Source of the DNA: Nitrospirota bacterium
GTDB taxonomy: Bacteria > Nitrospirota > Thermodesulfovibrionia > Thermodesulfovibrionales > UBA6898
Direction: 5' to 3'
Assembly (NCBI GenBank): GCA_004321925.1
Contig: SCQH01000017.1
Coordinates: 32,276-96,275 of the forward strand
DNA length: 64,000 bases
The notes beneath the pieces were generated by a model. It did not search any database. It had not been told where the DNA came from and was given only the letters and a program-made list of their open reading frames with translations. Below are positions 1-8,329 of the stretch, piece by piece. Within the stretch, counting starts at the first letter, position 1, and the number at the start of each line of letters is the position of its first letter. A program made the translations under genes and the position numbers.

Positions 1-2046
1 GGGGCTGATGCCGGCACAATTCTTTCTAAAGAGGCCTACAGATACATAGACCGCTGGAACCACGCAGAAGAGGAGCTTGCAGCGCTTCTGCAGTTCAGCC
101 TCTCACGACCCATCCCGACCGTGGTGCTCGCCGGAGGGGTGACCGATGTTACCTATCAGCATGGTATGCCGTACAGTCTCGGGTGGAAAGGGGTCTATCT
201 GGATGCCCCCTTAAGGGTGATCGAGGCAACCCCGTTCCACTCCCCCGTGACTCAGGGGGAAGAGGCAGACCGGAAAAAGACCTTTATGCAGATTTCAGGC
301 ATGCAGGGTTCAATCCTCGCAAACAGGGTATTTGAAGACGACTTCGGTGTGGAGGGCATATCAGCTGCAAAGCTGATGGCGGTTGCCCGGGGGATGCAGG
401 TCCCGGTCCTCAGTATTGATAAGACAAACATCTCAGCAGTCCTCCCGTCCCTCAATCTTTGGCCTGATATGAAGATGGACATAACAGACGCCGTTAATCA
501 GGGCCTCGGGGTGACCGCCCCTCAATCGGAGATCACCTATTTGGATTGGAAATGGACAGGCTATATAAAGAAAGACCCTGCAACGGAAGGATCAGGTTAT
601 ATGCTCCCCGGGGAGATAGCAGGGGGGATGACAGCGGTTTCACCGGACAACTGGCCTTCCCAATATCTTGCGAAGGTCCTGGCTAAGCCGTACAGCTCGG
701 AATACACTCTGGTGGCCATAACCTATCCCGCACACAATGCTGTCTTAGCGGCCGCGAGAACCACGGTGACGGGAAAGGTCCTGGACCCTGATGCGCAGGT
801 GAATGTCAACGGTGTACAGGCAATGATGTTTGATAATACCTTTACCGCAGCCGGGATACCTCTTGTCCGAGGCCTGAACACGATAACGGCAACAGCGACC
901 ACCAGCAAAGGAAATATCATTTCTCAGAGCATTCAGGTGAAATATAAGGTACCGCTAAAGACATATATATCCTTCCCTTTTTACGGACTCGCCGTCTCAG
1001 GCCCATCAGTTGATGTTGAAGGAATGGTCAGCGATAACCTGGCCACAGTAGAGGTCAATGGGATCAAGGCAGCAGTATCAGCAGACGGCAGGTTCATCGC
1101 ACGCGGCGTGGCACTGGCAGTCGGGAGCAATCTGATAACGGCCACTGCGGTCAACCAGGAGGGTGAAGCAGATACCTTCAGCATCAGCGTCGAATGCAGT
1201 ACCCAGCAGACCAGAACAATTCCTATCACGATAACCTCGCCTCAGAACAATGCAGTGATAAGCAGGACTTCGGTGATGGTGACCGGGACAATAACGATAG
1301 ATGACCCAGAGGTATCGATAAAGGTCAACGGAGTGCCTGCAGAGATATATAACGGACAGTTCACGGCCAATAGGGTTTCATTGGATGAAGGGGAGAACAG
1401 CATCATCGTAAATGCCACGGACAGCTCCGGGGCGATCGGCAGGGCCGAGGTCATGGTCAGGGCAGATACGACACTACCATATGTGACCCTTACCGCAAAC
1501 ATAACCAGCGGGATTCCTGACCTTACGACATACTTTGCTGCGGGCACCGCAATCCCGAATCCCGTTGCAATGTATCAAATAGATTATAATGGAGACGGTG
1601 TGATCGACTATACGGGGACAACTTTTGAGGATATGCAGTATACCTATACCACCGGAGGGATATACTTTCCGACGATAACTGTCACCGATGACCAGGGAAA
1701 TGTCTATACGGATACCATTGCAATTACTCTGCTGAACAAAGATAAGATCAATGCCCTCCTGAAAGGCAAGTGGGAAAAGATGAAGGGGGCCTTGATACAG
1801 GGGGATATTGAAGGGGCGCTAGTTTATTTTATGGAAAGATCAAAAGAGCGCTATAGGAGTTTATTTGCTGCGCTTAAAGACCAACTGCCAATGATATTCG
1901 GAACATTCGTCGAATTCAACATTACTGATATATATGAAGTTATCGCTGAAATTGAAATTGTTGCAAACGAAGACGGGAAACTTTATTCATATCCCGGGGT
2001 GTTTATCAAGGATGGGAACGGTATCTGGAAATTAAAAAACTATTAG
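1..2046 (+). CDS. Large secreted/surface protein, 5'-truncated by the window edge: three tandem Ig-like repeats, a PKD-like domain and a C-terminal ~100-aa domain shared with the 5133..5699 product
   Basis: Frame 1 is open from nt 1 (GADAGTILSKEAYRYIDRWNH...) into the listed 121..2046 ORF, so the GTG at 121 is probably not the start. Three ~95-aa repeats fit the pattern V.G.V...V.VNG..A...F.A..V.L..G.N.I.A.A (roughly nt 720-1530). PKD-like 'IDYNGDGVIDY...GGIYFPTITVTDDQGNVYTDTIAITL'. The C-terminal domain is 1744..2043. Confidence 0.7.
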   Translation, partial: GADAGTILSKEAYRYIDRWNHAEEELAALLQFSLSRPIPTVVLAGGVTDVTYQHGMPYSLGWKGVYLDAPLRVIEATPFHSPVTQGEEADRKKTFMQISGMQGSILANRVFEDDFGVEGISAAKLMAVARGMQVPVLSIDKTNISAVLPSLNLWPDMKMDITDAVNQGLGVTAPQSEITYLDWKWTGYIKKDPATEGSGYMLPGEIAGGMTAVSPDNWPSQYLAKVLAKPYSSEYTLVAITYPAHNAVLAAARTTVTGKVLDPDAQVNVNGVQAMMFDNTFTAAGIPLVRGLNTITATATTSKGNIISQSIQVKYKVPLKTYISFPFYGLAVSGPSVDVEGMVSDNLATVEVNGIKAAVSADGRFIARGVALAVGSNLITATAVNQEGEADTFSISVECSTQQTRTIPITITSPQNNAVISRTSVMVTGTITIDDPEVSIKVNGVPAEIYNGQFTANRVSLDEGENSIIVNATDSSGAIGRAEVMVRADTTLPYVTLTANITSGIPDLTTYFAAGTAIPNPVAMYQIDYNGDGVIDYTGTTFEDMQYTYTTGGIYFPTITVTDDQGNVYTDTIAITLLNKDKINALLKGKWEKMKGALIQGDIEGALVYFMERSKERYRSLFAALKDQLPMIFGTFVEFNITDIYEVIAEIEIVANEDGKLYSYPGVFIKDGNGIWKLKNY

Positions 2047-2056
2047 AGGGTGACTA

Positions 2057-2614
2057 ATGAAAAACAATAGATTGGCGAAAATCCTTATGCTTCTGCTTTT
2101 AGCTGTTATATCCTCCTCCTGTTGCAGGCATGACGGACCTTACAAGGGCAGGGTCATTGACTCAGAAACAAAGCAGCCGCTTGAGGGGGTGGTGGTGCTC
2201 GGCGTATGGTATAAGGAACTGCCGGGTCCTGGTGGTTCCACGGGTACATATTTTGATGCGCAGGAAACCGTAACGGATAAAAAAGGAGACTTTGAACTAA
2301 AAGGGCAGGGTCTACAGATACTCAGCACCGTGAGCATGATGCATGTGCTTATATTCAAAGCAGGGTACAAATATGTAGGTTCGGGGATGTGGGTATCGCT
2401 TAAGGTCGATGGGGGACTGATGGAGAAGAAAGCCGACTGGGAAGGTGATAGAGCGATTATTCCATTGAGGAAGTTGACGAGGGATGAGAGAAGGAGAAAC
2501 ACCCCTCCTTCTCCTCCTAACGAAGTACATAAAGAAAAAATTAAATCAATACTCAGTGAGATAAATAAAGATCGAATTGAACTGGGCTTCGACCCTATTA
2601 ACGTAGGGAGGTAA
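2057..2614 (+). CDS. Secreted protein or probable lipoprotein with a carboxypeptidase-regulatory-like beta-sandwich motif
   Basis: N-terminal signal 'MKNNRLAKILMLLLLAVISSSCC'. 'GRVIDSETKQPLEGVVVLGVW' and '...LIFKAGYKYV' resemble CarboxypepD_reg-type domains. A 10-nt gap separates it from the upstream gene. Confidence 0.6.
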   Translation: MKNNRLAKILMLLLLAVISSSCCRHDGPYKGRVIDSETKQPLEGVVVLGVWYKELPGPGGSTGTYFDAQETVTDKKGDFELKGQGLQILSTVSMMHVLIFKAGYKYVGSGMWVSLKVDGGLMEKKADWEGDRAIIPLRKLTRDERRRNTPPSPPNEVHKEKIKSILSEINKDRIELGFDPINVGR

Positions 2615-2620
2615 GTTCAA

Positions 2621-5095
2621 TTGAAGGAAATAACAAGATCTATCGTTGTATTTCTATGTATGTTCTTAATTCTTAACAATAGCGAGGTATTATCGTGGGA
2701 TGACAAAGTTACACATAAGGAGATTTCGCGCTATGCAGCAGAGAATTCTGCTGTGAAAATAGCCCAAGATGATTATTTGAAGAGATTGGGATTTAAAAAA
2801 GGATTAGAGGAAACATTGCAGTGGGAGACAACCACGGACAGAATCAAAGAATGGATTGCAAAAGGCGGAGAACTTGAAGACGCAGGCAACAAAGTAGATT
2901 TATTATTAAAGCGGGCCAGAAGTTATAACCACTTTCATAATCCTCTAAAGCAGTGGGATCAGGCAGGCTTGAATGATTACTATCTGGTAACGAAACCCTA
3001 TCCGCCATTTATTACCAAGTTTTCCATGACCGGCGAATCAGCCCTTTTATGGGCACAGGACTGGAATTATCAGGGGAAATATACAACCCTTGAAGGCGAC
3101 CAGACTTGGGGAAAGAGCAAAGCCTTATATTTAAAAGCGCTTACATCAAAAAGGGACGACGAAAGACAGGCATATTTCGCACAGACATTCAAAGGCCTTG
3201 GCCATCAGATGCATCTCTTGCAGGACATGGCCGTTCCTGCACATGTTAGAAATGATGCTCATGTAATAGAAGCCGTTGATGATTGGCGGGTGAAAAATGA
3301 CCTGCCGGTCGGCGACTTACACTTTGAGACATGGTCTAAAAAACATGCCGATAAAATCAATCTATTTGCCGCAACGCCTGTAATTCCGCAAATTGATTTG
3401 ACGAAAAACCCCGGCGTAATGGGACCTATTGCAAAGTTTTATGATACTGACCAATATACAGTGTATGTTGCACCGCGCACGAGTCTTTCCTGGGGTTTGT
3501 CGGAATATACGAACGCAAACTTTGTCAGCGACGATACGATCTTTACCGAGCAGTTTAATCAGGATGACCGCCACCATTTCCCATATCCAAGATATACAGA
3601 CTATAACACGTGCTATGAACGATTTGACGAGCGATATCTTCCGACAAATAAAATGCGAAAGTATTGGAGAAAGAAGCAGCCGTGCCCCGGGGAGTCCGTT
3701 AATCATTTTGTTCAGGTTGGGCCGTGGTTCAAGTATGCACTTACCTGGGACCTCCAGAGGTTAAGCATACATCTTGACGAAGCGACGAATATGGACTACG
3801 CAGCTCTGCTGGTTCCTCGTGCTGTCGGATACTCAGCAGCTCTGCTTGATTACTTCTTCCGGGCTAAGATCCGGCTGGTGCCGGACTTGAACAACGAAGG
3901 GTGGTTTCTTATCAGGAACGATTCTGATGAGAATATGCGGGGAGTTTTTAGTCTTTATTATGACGACATTTATGGTGACCGTAACCTTCTCCTGAGATTC
4001 CCCCCAGGGGTCATGAGCATCGACGCCCATGGCCAAAGTGCGCCGGTGACCTTTACTGAGCCGGCTGACATAAGGGAGAGAGGGAAGTATATGCTGGTGT
4101 TTCAGGGGACCCATGGGGCTGAATCCGGGGCCATTGCCGGGAGTGTTGTTCAGGATACCCTTGAGATCACCCCGCCCGGACGCTTTGCCTATGCTGTACT
4201 CGACGGAGTTGCGACACCTCTTGAGTTTAGCGAGGTCAAGGCGAAGGTCAGAAATACGGACCCTGAGAAAATAATCAAGAAAGGGGCGTTGCAGGCGATA
4301 ATCCAGTTCAAAAAGCGGGATGATGAAAAAAATATCTACTATGCACGATCTGCCCCTGTCGCAATAAACTCCCTCGATGCCGTGACTCCCGCTGAATACA
4401 GCTTTGATTTTTCAGCAGATCCGGTCGATATCAGTGTGAATAGCGTCTATCTGAAGGTCACATTCAGGGGTAATATCGGAGCGGAGACTGATGTGGTTGC
4501 GGCAGGGAGCCGGGACATCAGTGAACCGACACCGATAGATGTCTTTAATAATATGGACAAGGTCTGTATCAATGGGCAGTGGCATGCTGCAGGGAGTCAG
4601 GAGGCAATTGCCTTAGTCGATACGAATCAGGACCACAGGGCCGAGGAGTATGACGTGTATGGTCATAGCTTAAGGGATATTTACCTGAAGCTTGCGCCTG
4701 CAGATGACTCGCAGCATGCATCGCCCACGGATCATACCCTTTATATCCCATCGCTTGCGGCAGGTAAATTATACCGGGCCTATGTATTGAGCGAGTATGG
4801 GTTGAGCCACAGCGACTATATGACTGCAGTGGCCAGGGACGCTGGGGACATGTGGACGCATACAAAGGCCATCCTGAAGGGCAACTGGGCCGGATCAGCC
4901 CTCAGGGACCAGGACGAATACCATACAAAACAGGCTGTCTGCGCGCAATATCAGCTCGCAGCCCCCTGTATCATCAGAAAATACGTTACGTATTTTCAGT
5001 TCAGAGGCAAGTCCTTGTGGGGAGCCGCAGGAAACATTATCGATAACCCAAAGTATCCACCCGACTCACAATGCAGTTGGGCTCTGTTGAAATAG
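2621..5095 (+). CDS. Large secreted protein with an N-terminal zinc-dependent phospholipase C / S1-P1 nuclease-like domain
   Basis: TTG start. The signal peptide ends '...NNSEVLS' immediately before 'WDDKVTHKEI'. Further motifs are 'YNHFHNP' and 'GHQMHLLQDMAVPAHVRND', matching the W1/H/D/H zinc-ligand pattern of Zn-dependent PLC. The C-terminal ~600 aa has no motif I recognise. Confidence 0.65.
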   Translation: MKEITRSIVVFLCMFLILNNSEVLSWDDKVTHKEISRYAAENSAVKIAQDDYLKRLGFKKGLEETLQWETTTDRIKEWIAKGGELEDAGNKVDLLLKRARSYNHFHNPLKQWDQAGLNDYYLVTKPYPPFITKFSMTGESALLWAQDWNYQGKYTTLEGDQTWGKSKALYLKALTSKRDDERQAYFAQTFKGLGHQMHLLQDMAVPAHVRNDAHVIEAVDDWRVKNDLPVGDLHFETWSKKHADKINLFAATPVIPQIDLTKNPGVMGPIAKFYDTDQYTVYVAPRTSLSWGLSEYTNANFVSDDTIFTEQFNQDDRHHFPYPRYTDYNTCYERFDERYLPTNKMRKYWRKKQPCPGESVNHFVQVGPWFKYALTWDLQRLSIHLDEATNMDYAALLVPRAVGYSAALLDYFFRAKIRLVPDLNNEGWFLIRNDSDENMRGVFSLYYDDIYGDRNLLLRFPPGVMSIDAHGQSAPVTFTEPADIRERGKYMLVFQGTHGAESGAIAGSVVQDTLEITPPGRFAYAVLDGVATPLEFSEVKAKVRNTDPEKIIKKGALQAIIQFKKRDDEKNIYYARSAPVAINSLDAVTPAEYSFDFSADPVDISVNSVYLKVTFRGNIGAETDVVAAGSRDISEPTPIDVFNNMDKVCINGQWHAAGSQEAIALVDTNQDHRAEEYDVYGHSLRDIYLKLAPADDSQHASPTDHTLYIPSLAAGKLYRAYVLSEYGLSHSDYMTAVARDAGDMWTHTKAILKGNWAGSALRDQDEYHTKQAVCAQYQLAAPCIIRKYVTYFQFRGKSLWGAAGNIIDNPKYPPDSQCSWALLK

Positions 5096-5132
5096 GACGA
5101 CAAACAGCCATAAATTAACCGGGAGGGTTGCT

Positions 5133-5699
5133 ATGTATAAATTCGCAATAATTTTGTTGAACCTTATTATTGCTTCTGCTGTTTTTGCCGAAAAACAACA
5201 GGACGCAGCAATCTTTACGGATCAAGATCTGATGAAATATAAGAGATCATCTGAACCCGACCTGCCGCCACTAGATCTTGGCCATCATAAGAATGAATCG
5301 ATAAAGAAAAATTCAGGTGATAAAGCTGCTGATGCTCAGGGAAGCGCTGTTACTAAAGCGAAGGATGAGATAAGTGAGTCAGAGAAAAAAAATATAGAAA
5401 GAGAGTTCACGGCAATAGTGGCCTCTATGCTTTCTCAGTTGAAAGCCGGAAATATAGAAGGGGCCTTAGCTTTCTTTGTGGAGTCGCGGAAGGAAAGACA
5501 TAGAAAAATATTTACGGCACTGAAAGACAACAACACCCTAAAACTTGCCGCTGAAGGTTACATGGGCGTAGACATTGCGTGGATAGGTGACCATCTCGCA
5601 GAAGGCGGCGTCAGCCGTAATGAAGACGGCAAAATATATTCTTATGGTATTAAATTTATGGAGACAGCAAAAGGGGTATGGAAGATTTATGATTTTTAG
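5133..5699 (+). CDS. Secreted protein whose C-terminal ~100 aa is homologous to the C-terminus of the 1..2046 product
   Basis: Signal peptide 'MYKFAIILLNLIIASAVFA'. The C-terminal 'GNIEGALAFFVESRKERHRKIFTALKD...NEDGKIYSYGIKFMETAKGVWKIYDF' aligns with 'GDIEGALVYFMERSKERYRSLFAALKD...NEDGKLYSYPGVFIKDGNGIWKLKNY'. Confidence 0.6.
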   Translation: MYKFAIILLNLIIASAVFAEKQQDAAIFTDQDLMKYKRSSEPDLPPLDLGHHKNESIKKNSGDKAADAQGSAVTKAKDEISESEKKNIEREFTAIVASMLSQLKAGNIEGALAFFVESRKERHRKIFTALKDNNTLKLAAEGYMGVDIAWIGDHLAEGGVSRNEDGKIYSYGIKFMETAKGVWKIYDF

Positions 5700-5708
5700 C
5701 GAGGCGTC

Positions 5709-5948
5709 ATGGCAGAAAATCCAATGGGTGACTCTGAAAGGTTTCTACGGAGAATGAAATCTAAAACACAAATGCGCGTCTACAGGCTTCAGGATGGTGA
5801 GGTCGCTGCAACGGTTCTTGATGGTAATGGCGAACTGCTGGATGTGTTGTACCTCGGAAAATTCACCGAGGACCAGTATGCGAGCTTAAGGAAGGTTATC
5901 GACAAACATTCCTCAACTTACAGTATCGGCCAGTACGATGGGAAATGA
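5709..5948 (+). CDS. Small hypothetical protein (79 aa), last gene of the co-directional cluster
   Basis: ATG start 9 nt after the upstream stop, same strand. No recognisable motif. Confidence 0.4.
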   Translation: MAENPMGDSERFLRRMKSKTQMRVYRLQDGEVAATVLDGNGELLDVLYLGKFTEDQYASLRKVIDKHSSTYSIGQYDGK

Positions 5949-5961
5949 AAATGGAGCAATG

Positions 5962-6501
5962 CTACGTGCCGTTATTTATGTCATTTTTTTCCAGCCGTTG
6001 ACAAGCTGGAAGAAAGAAACCATTCTTAAGACCCAGAAATGCTGCTGCTACTCTGTTTGAACAGTCAAGCTTCTCATAGATTTTGTCCAGGTAGCTGTTC
6101 ACTGTTTCTGGTGTTATCTTCATGGCGGCTGCTATTTCTTTGTTCGAAAACCCTTTTACGAGATAGCGGAGGACTTCTCTTTCTCTGTCGGTCAGAACGG
6201 GTTTTTCGCTTACTTGATCTGCATCAAGGCCTGTGAGAAATGCGATTACGCTGTTCCCGGGCAAGCGCATCATGGAGATGGTAATATCACCATAACGGAA
6301 GTTCTGCAGGTGAGCGGATCCGATCATAAGCCATTCCATAAGGTCCTTGAGAGGTATATTCCGTTCAGAAATAAAAACGTCTGCGTGATCGTTGAGCCAG
6401 TAACTGCCGTTGTCGTCAATCAATATAAGAGGTTTTGTTGTGGAAGCTTCTTCAACTGTCTTTAACGAGTCCTTTATTCTTGCCACTATCTTGTCATTCA
6501 T
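5962..6501 (-). CDS. LuxR-family transcriptional regulator with an unassigned ~110-aa N-terminal domain
   Basis: C-terminal HTH 'LTDREREVLRYLVKGFSNKEIAAAMKITPETVNSYLDKIYEKLDCSNRVAAAF'. Confidence 0.8.
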   Translation of the reverse strand: MNDKIVARIKDSLKTVEEASTTKPLILIDDNGSYWLNDHADVFISERNIPLKDLMEWLMIGSAHLQNFRYGDITISMMRLPGNSVIAFLTGLDADQVSEKPVLTDREREVLRYLVKGFSNKEIAAAMKITPETVNSYLDKIYEKLDCSNRVAAAFLGLKNGFFLPACQRLEKNDINNGT

Positions 6502-6793
6502 ATTCCCCTGTCCCCCGAATTATACGCTGTCTATATAATTGTTATTCGAAACGGAACTCAATTGAAATCCCCCATTTGGGGGCTTGCACTATCCATCCCT
6601 CGCTATTATCATAGCGCAATCACGAATAAATGCAATTTTAATTGAGGTTGAGGGGTTTCACGGTCGGCAGTTTAGTTTCGCTCTCCCGGATACATTTTGC
6701 AGATAATCTGACATTGTTAAATTGGCGTAACATCAGTGTACAGAAAATAAGCGTGAGCTGAAGACGGGTCACAAAAAGAAAGGCTTATATAGA

Positions 6794-8149
6794 TTGACAG
6801 AAATAAATGAAACAGAGTATTACAGAATTATTCAGTCCTCCATCGATGGGTTTTGGATTAATGATATTCAGGGACGGGTTCTGGATGTAAACGAGGCCTA
6901 TTGTGCTTTAGTAGGCTACAGCCGTGATGAGCTGCTGGATATGCATATCGCCGATCTCGAGGTGGTTGAAAAGCCGGAGGAGGCAGCGGCGCGCATCCAA
7001 AAGGTAATGGAAATTGGTTCGGACCGTTTTGCGGCGCGTCATCGCTGCAAGGACGGCAAAATTGTCGATATTGAGATCAGCGTCACTTATCTGCCCGCCC
7101 CCAATGGAAAATTTTTTGTGTTTGTCAGAGATATCACCGGGCGTATGCAGGTCGAAGAGGCTCTGCAGCAATCTGAGCAGAGGTACAGAAGTGTCATCAA
7201 CAATATAGCCATAGGAATAGCTGTAATAAGCCCGAATATGGAGATATTGTCCTTGAATGGTCAGATGATGAAATGGTTCCCGGAGATTAATATCTTAGAT
7301 AAACCGATATGCTACAAGACATTTAATACCCCCCAAAGAGAAACGATCTGTTCCTATTGCCCCACAATATTGACCCTGAAGGACGGCCTGGTGCATGAGA
7401 CAATAACCGACACGCCTGCCGGCGATAAGGTAATTAATTTCAGAGTGCTTTCTTCACCCATTCGAAATAAAGACGGGGAAGTTGTCGCTGCGATCGAGAT
7501 GGTTGAAGATGTCACAGAGCTCAGGCGTGCAGAGCAGGCCTTAAAAGAATCCGAGAACAAATTCAGGGACCTGTCGGAAAAATCGTTAGTCGGGATTTAT
7601 CTGATACAGGATGGTATTTTCGAGTATGTTAATCCGGTGATGGCTGAGATATTTGGCTATAGCGTTGATGAGTTAACAGGCAAGAAAGGCCCGGTTGATC
7701 TCGTTCTGCCGGAGGATTGGCCGAATGTGAAGGAAAATATCCGTAAGAGGAACACTGGAGAAATGAAAGCTGCCCATTATGAATTCAGAGGGCTGAAAAA
7801 AAATAGCGACGTTCTTTTTATAGAGGCCTATGGATCGAGAACGGTGTATAAAGAGCGTCCAGCTGTGATCGGGTCCCTGTTGGACATCACGCAGCGCAAA
7901 AAAGATATGGAGGAGCGTGAAAGGCTTATAGGAGAACTGAGAGAGGCTGTTGTCACAATCAAGACGCTTCAGGGGATATTGCCCATATGCTCTTCCTGCA
8001 AGAAGATACGGGATGACAAGGGGTATTGGAGTCAGCTCGAAAAATACATAACTGAACATTCATCAGCAGAATTCAGTCACAGCATTTGCCCCGATTGCAC
8101 AAAAAAATTATATCCTGATTATTATGACAGGCTGTTCGAAGGTGATTAG
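6794..8149 (+). CDS. Sensor protein with three PAS domains and a Cys/His-rich C-terminal tail; no kinase, GGDEF or HTH output
   Basis: PAS-like blocks: 'IIQSSIDGFWINDIQGRVLDVNEAYCALVGYSRDELL', 'YRSVINNIAIGIAVISPNMEILSLNGQM', 'FRDLSEKSLVGIYLIQDGIFEYVNPVMAEIFGYSVDEL'. The tail is 'LPICSSCKKIRDDKGYWSQLEKYITEHSSAEFSHSICPDCTKKLY'. TTG start, so the start is uncertain. Confidence 0.8.
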   Translation: MTEINETEYYRIIQSSIDGFWINDIQGRVLDVNEAYCALVGYSRDELLDMHIADLEVVEKPEEAAARIQKVMEIGSDRFAARHRCKDGKIVDIEISVTYLPAPNGKFFVFVRDITGRMQVEEALQQSEQRYRSVINNIAIGIAVISPNMEILSLNGQMMKWFPEINILDKPICYKTFNTPQRETICSYCPTILTLKDGLVHETITDTPAGDKVINFRVLSSPIRNKDGEVVAAIEMVEDVTELRRAEQALKESENKFRDLSEKSLVGIYLIQDGIFEYVNPVMAEIFGYSVDELTGKKGPVDLVLPEDWPNVKENIRKRNTGEMKAAHYEFRGLKKNSDVLFIEAYGSRTVYKERPAVIGSLLDITQRKKDMEERERLIGELREAVVTIKTLQGILPICSSCKKIRDDKGYWSQLEKYITEHSSAEFSHSICPDCTKKLYPDYYDRLFEGD

Positions 8150-8329
8150 AACCGCTCTGCTTGCCGCATCCGAAGTCAGACAGACTCCTGATTGCTAAAA
8201 TAGATGCTTCCGGCTTCTCGATGAGTCCGCAACGTATCCGGATGGATGGGGGACAGACAAGCGTCGGTGGAATCCCCTGTTGAGTCATTGCCTGTAAATA
8301 TTTTCTCGATCTGGGCATCAGCCCCCAGG

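Noticed and set aside
1-2046. Diversity-generating retroelement targeting the Ig/PKD-repeat protein
   Set aside because: There is no reverse transcriptase gene and no template-repeat copy of the 3' end of the gene anywhere in the window. The repeats are ordinary protein-domain repeats.
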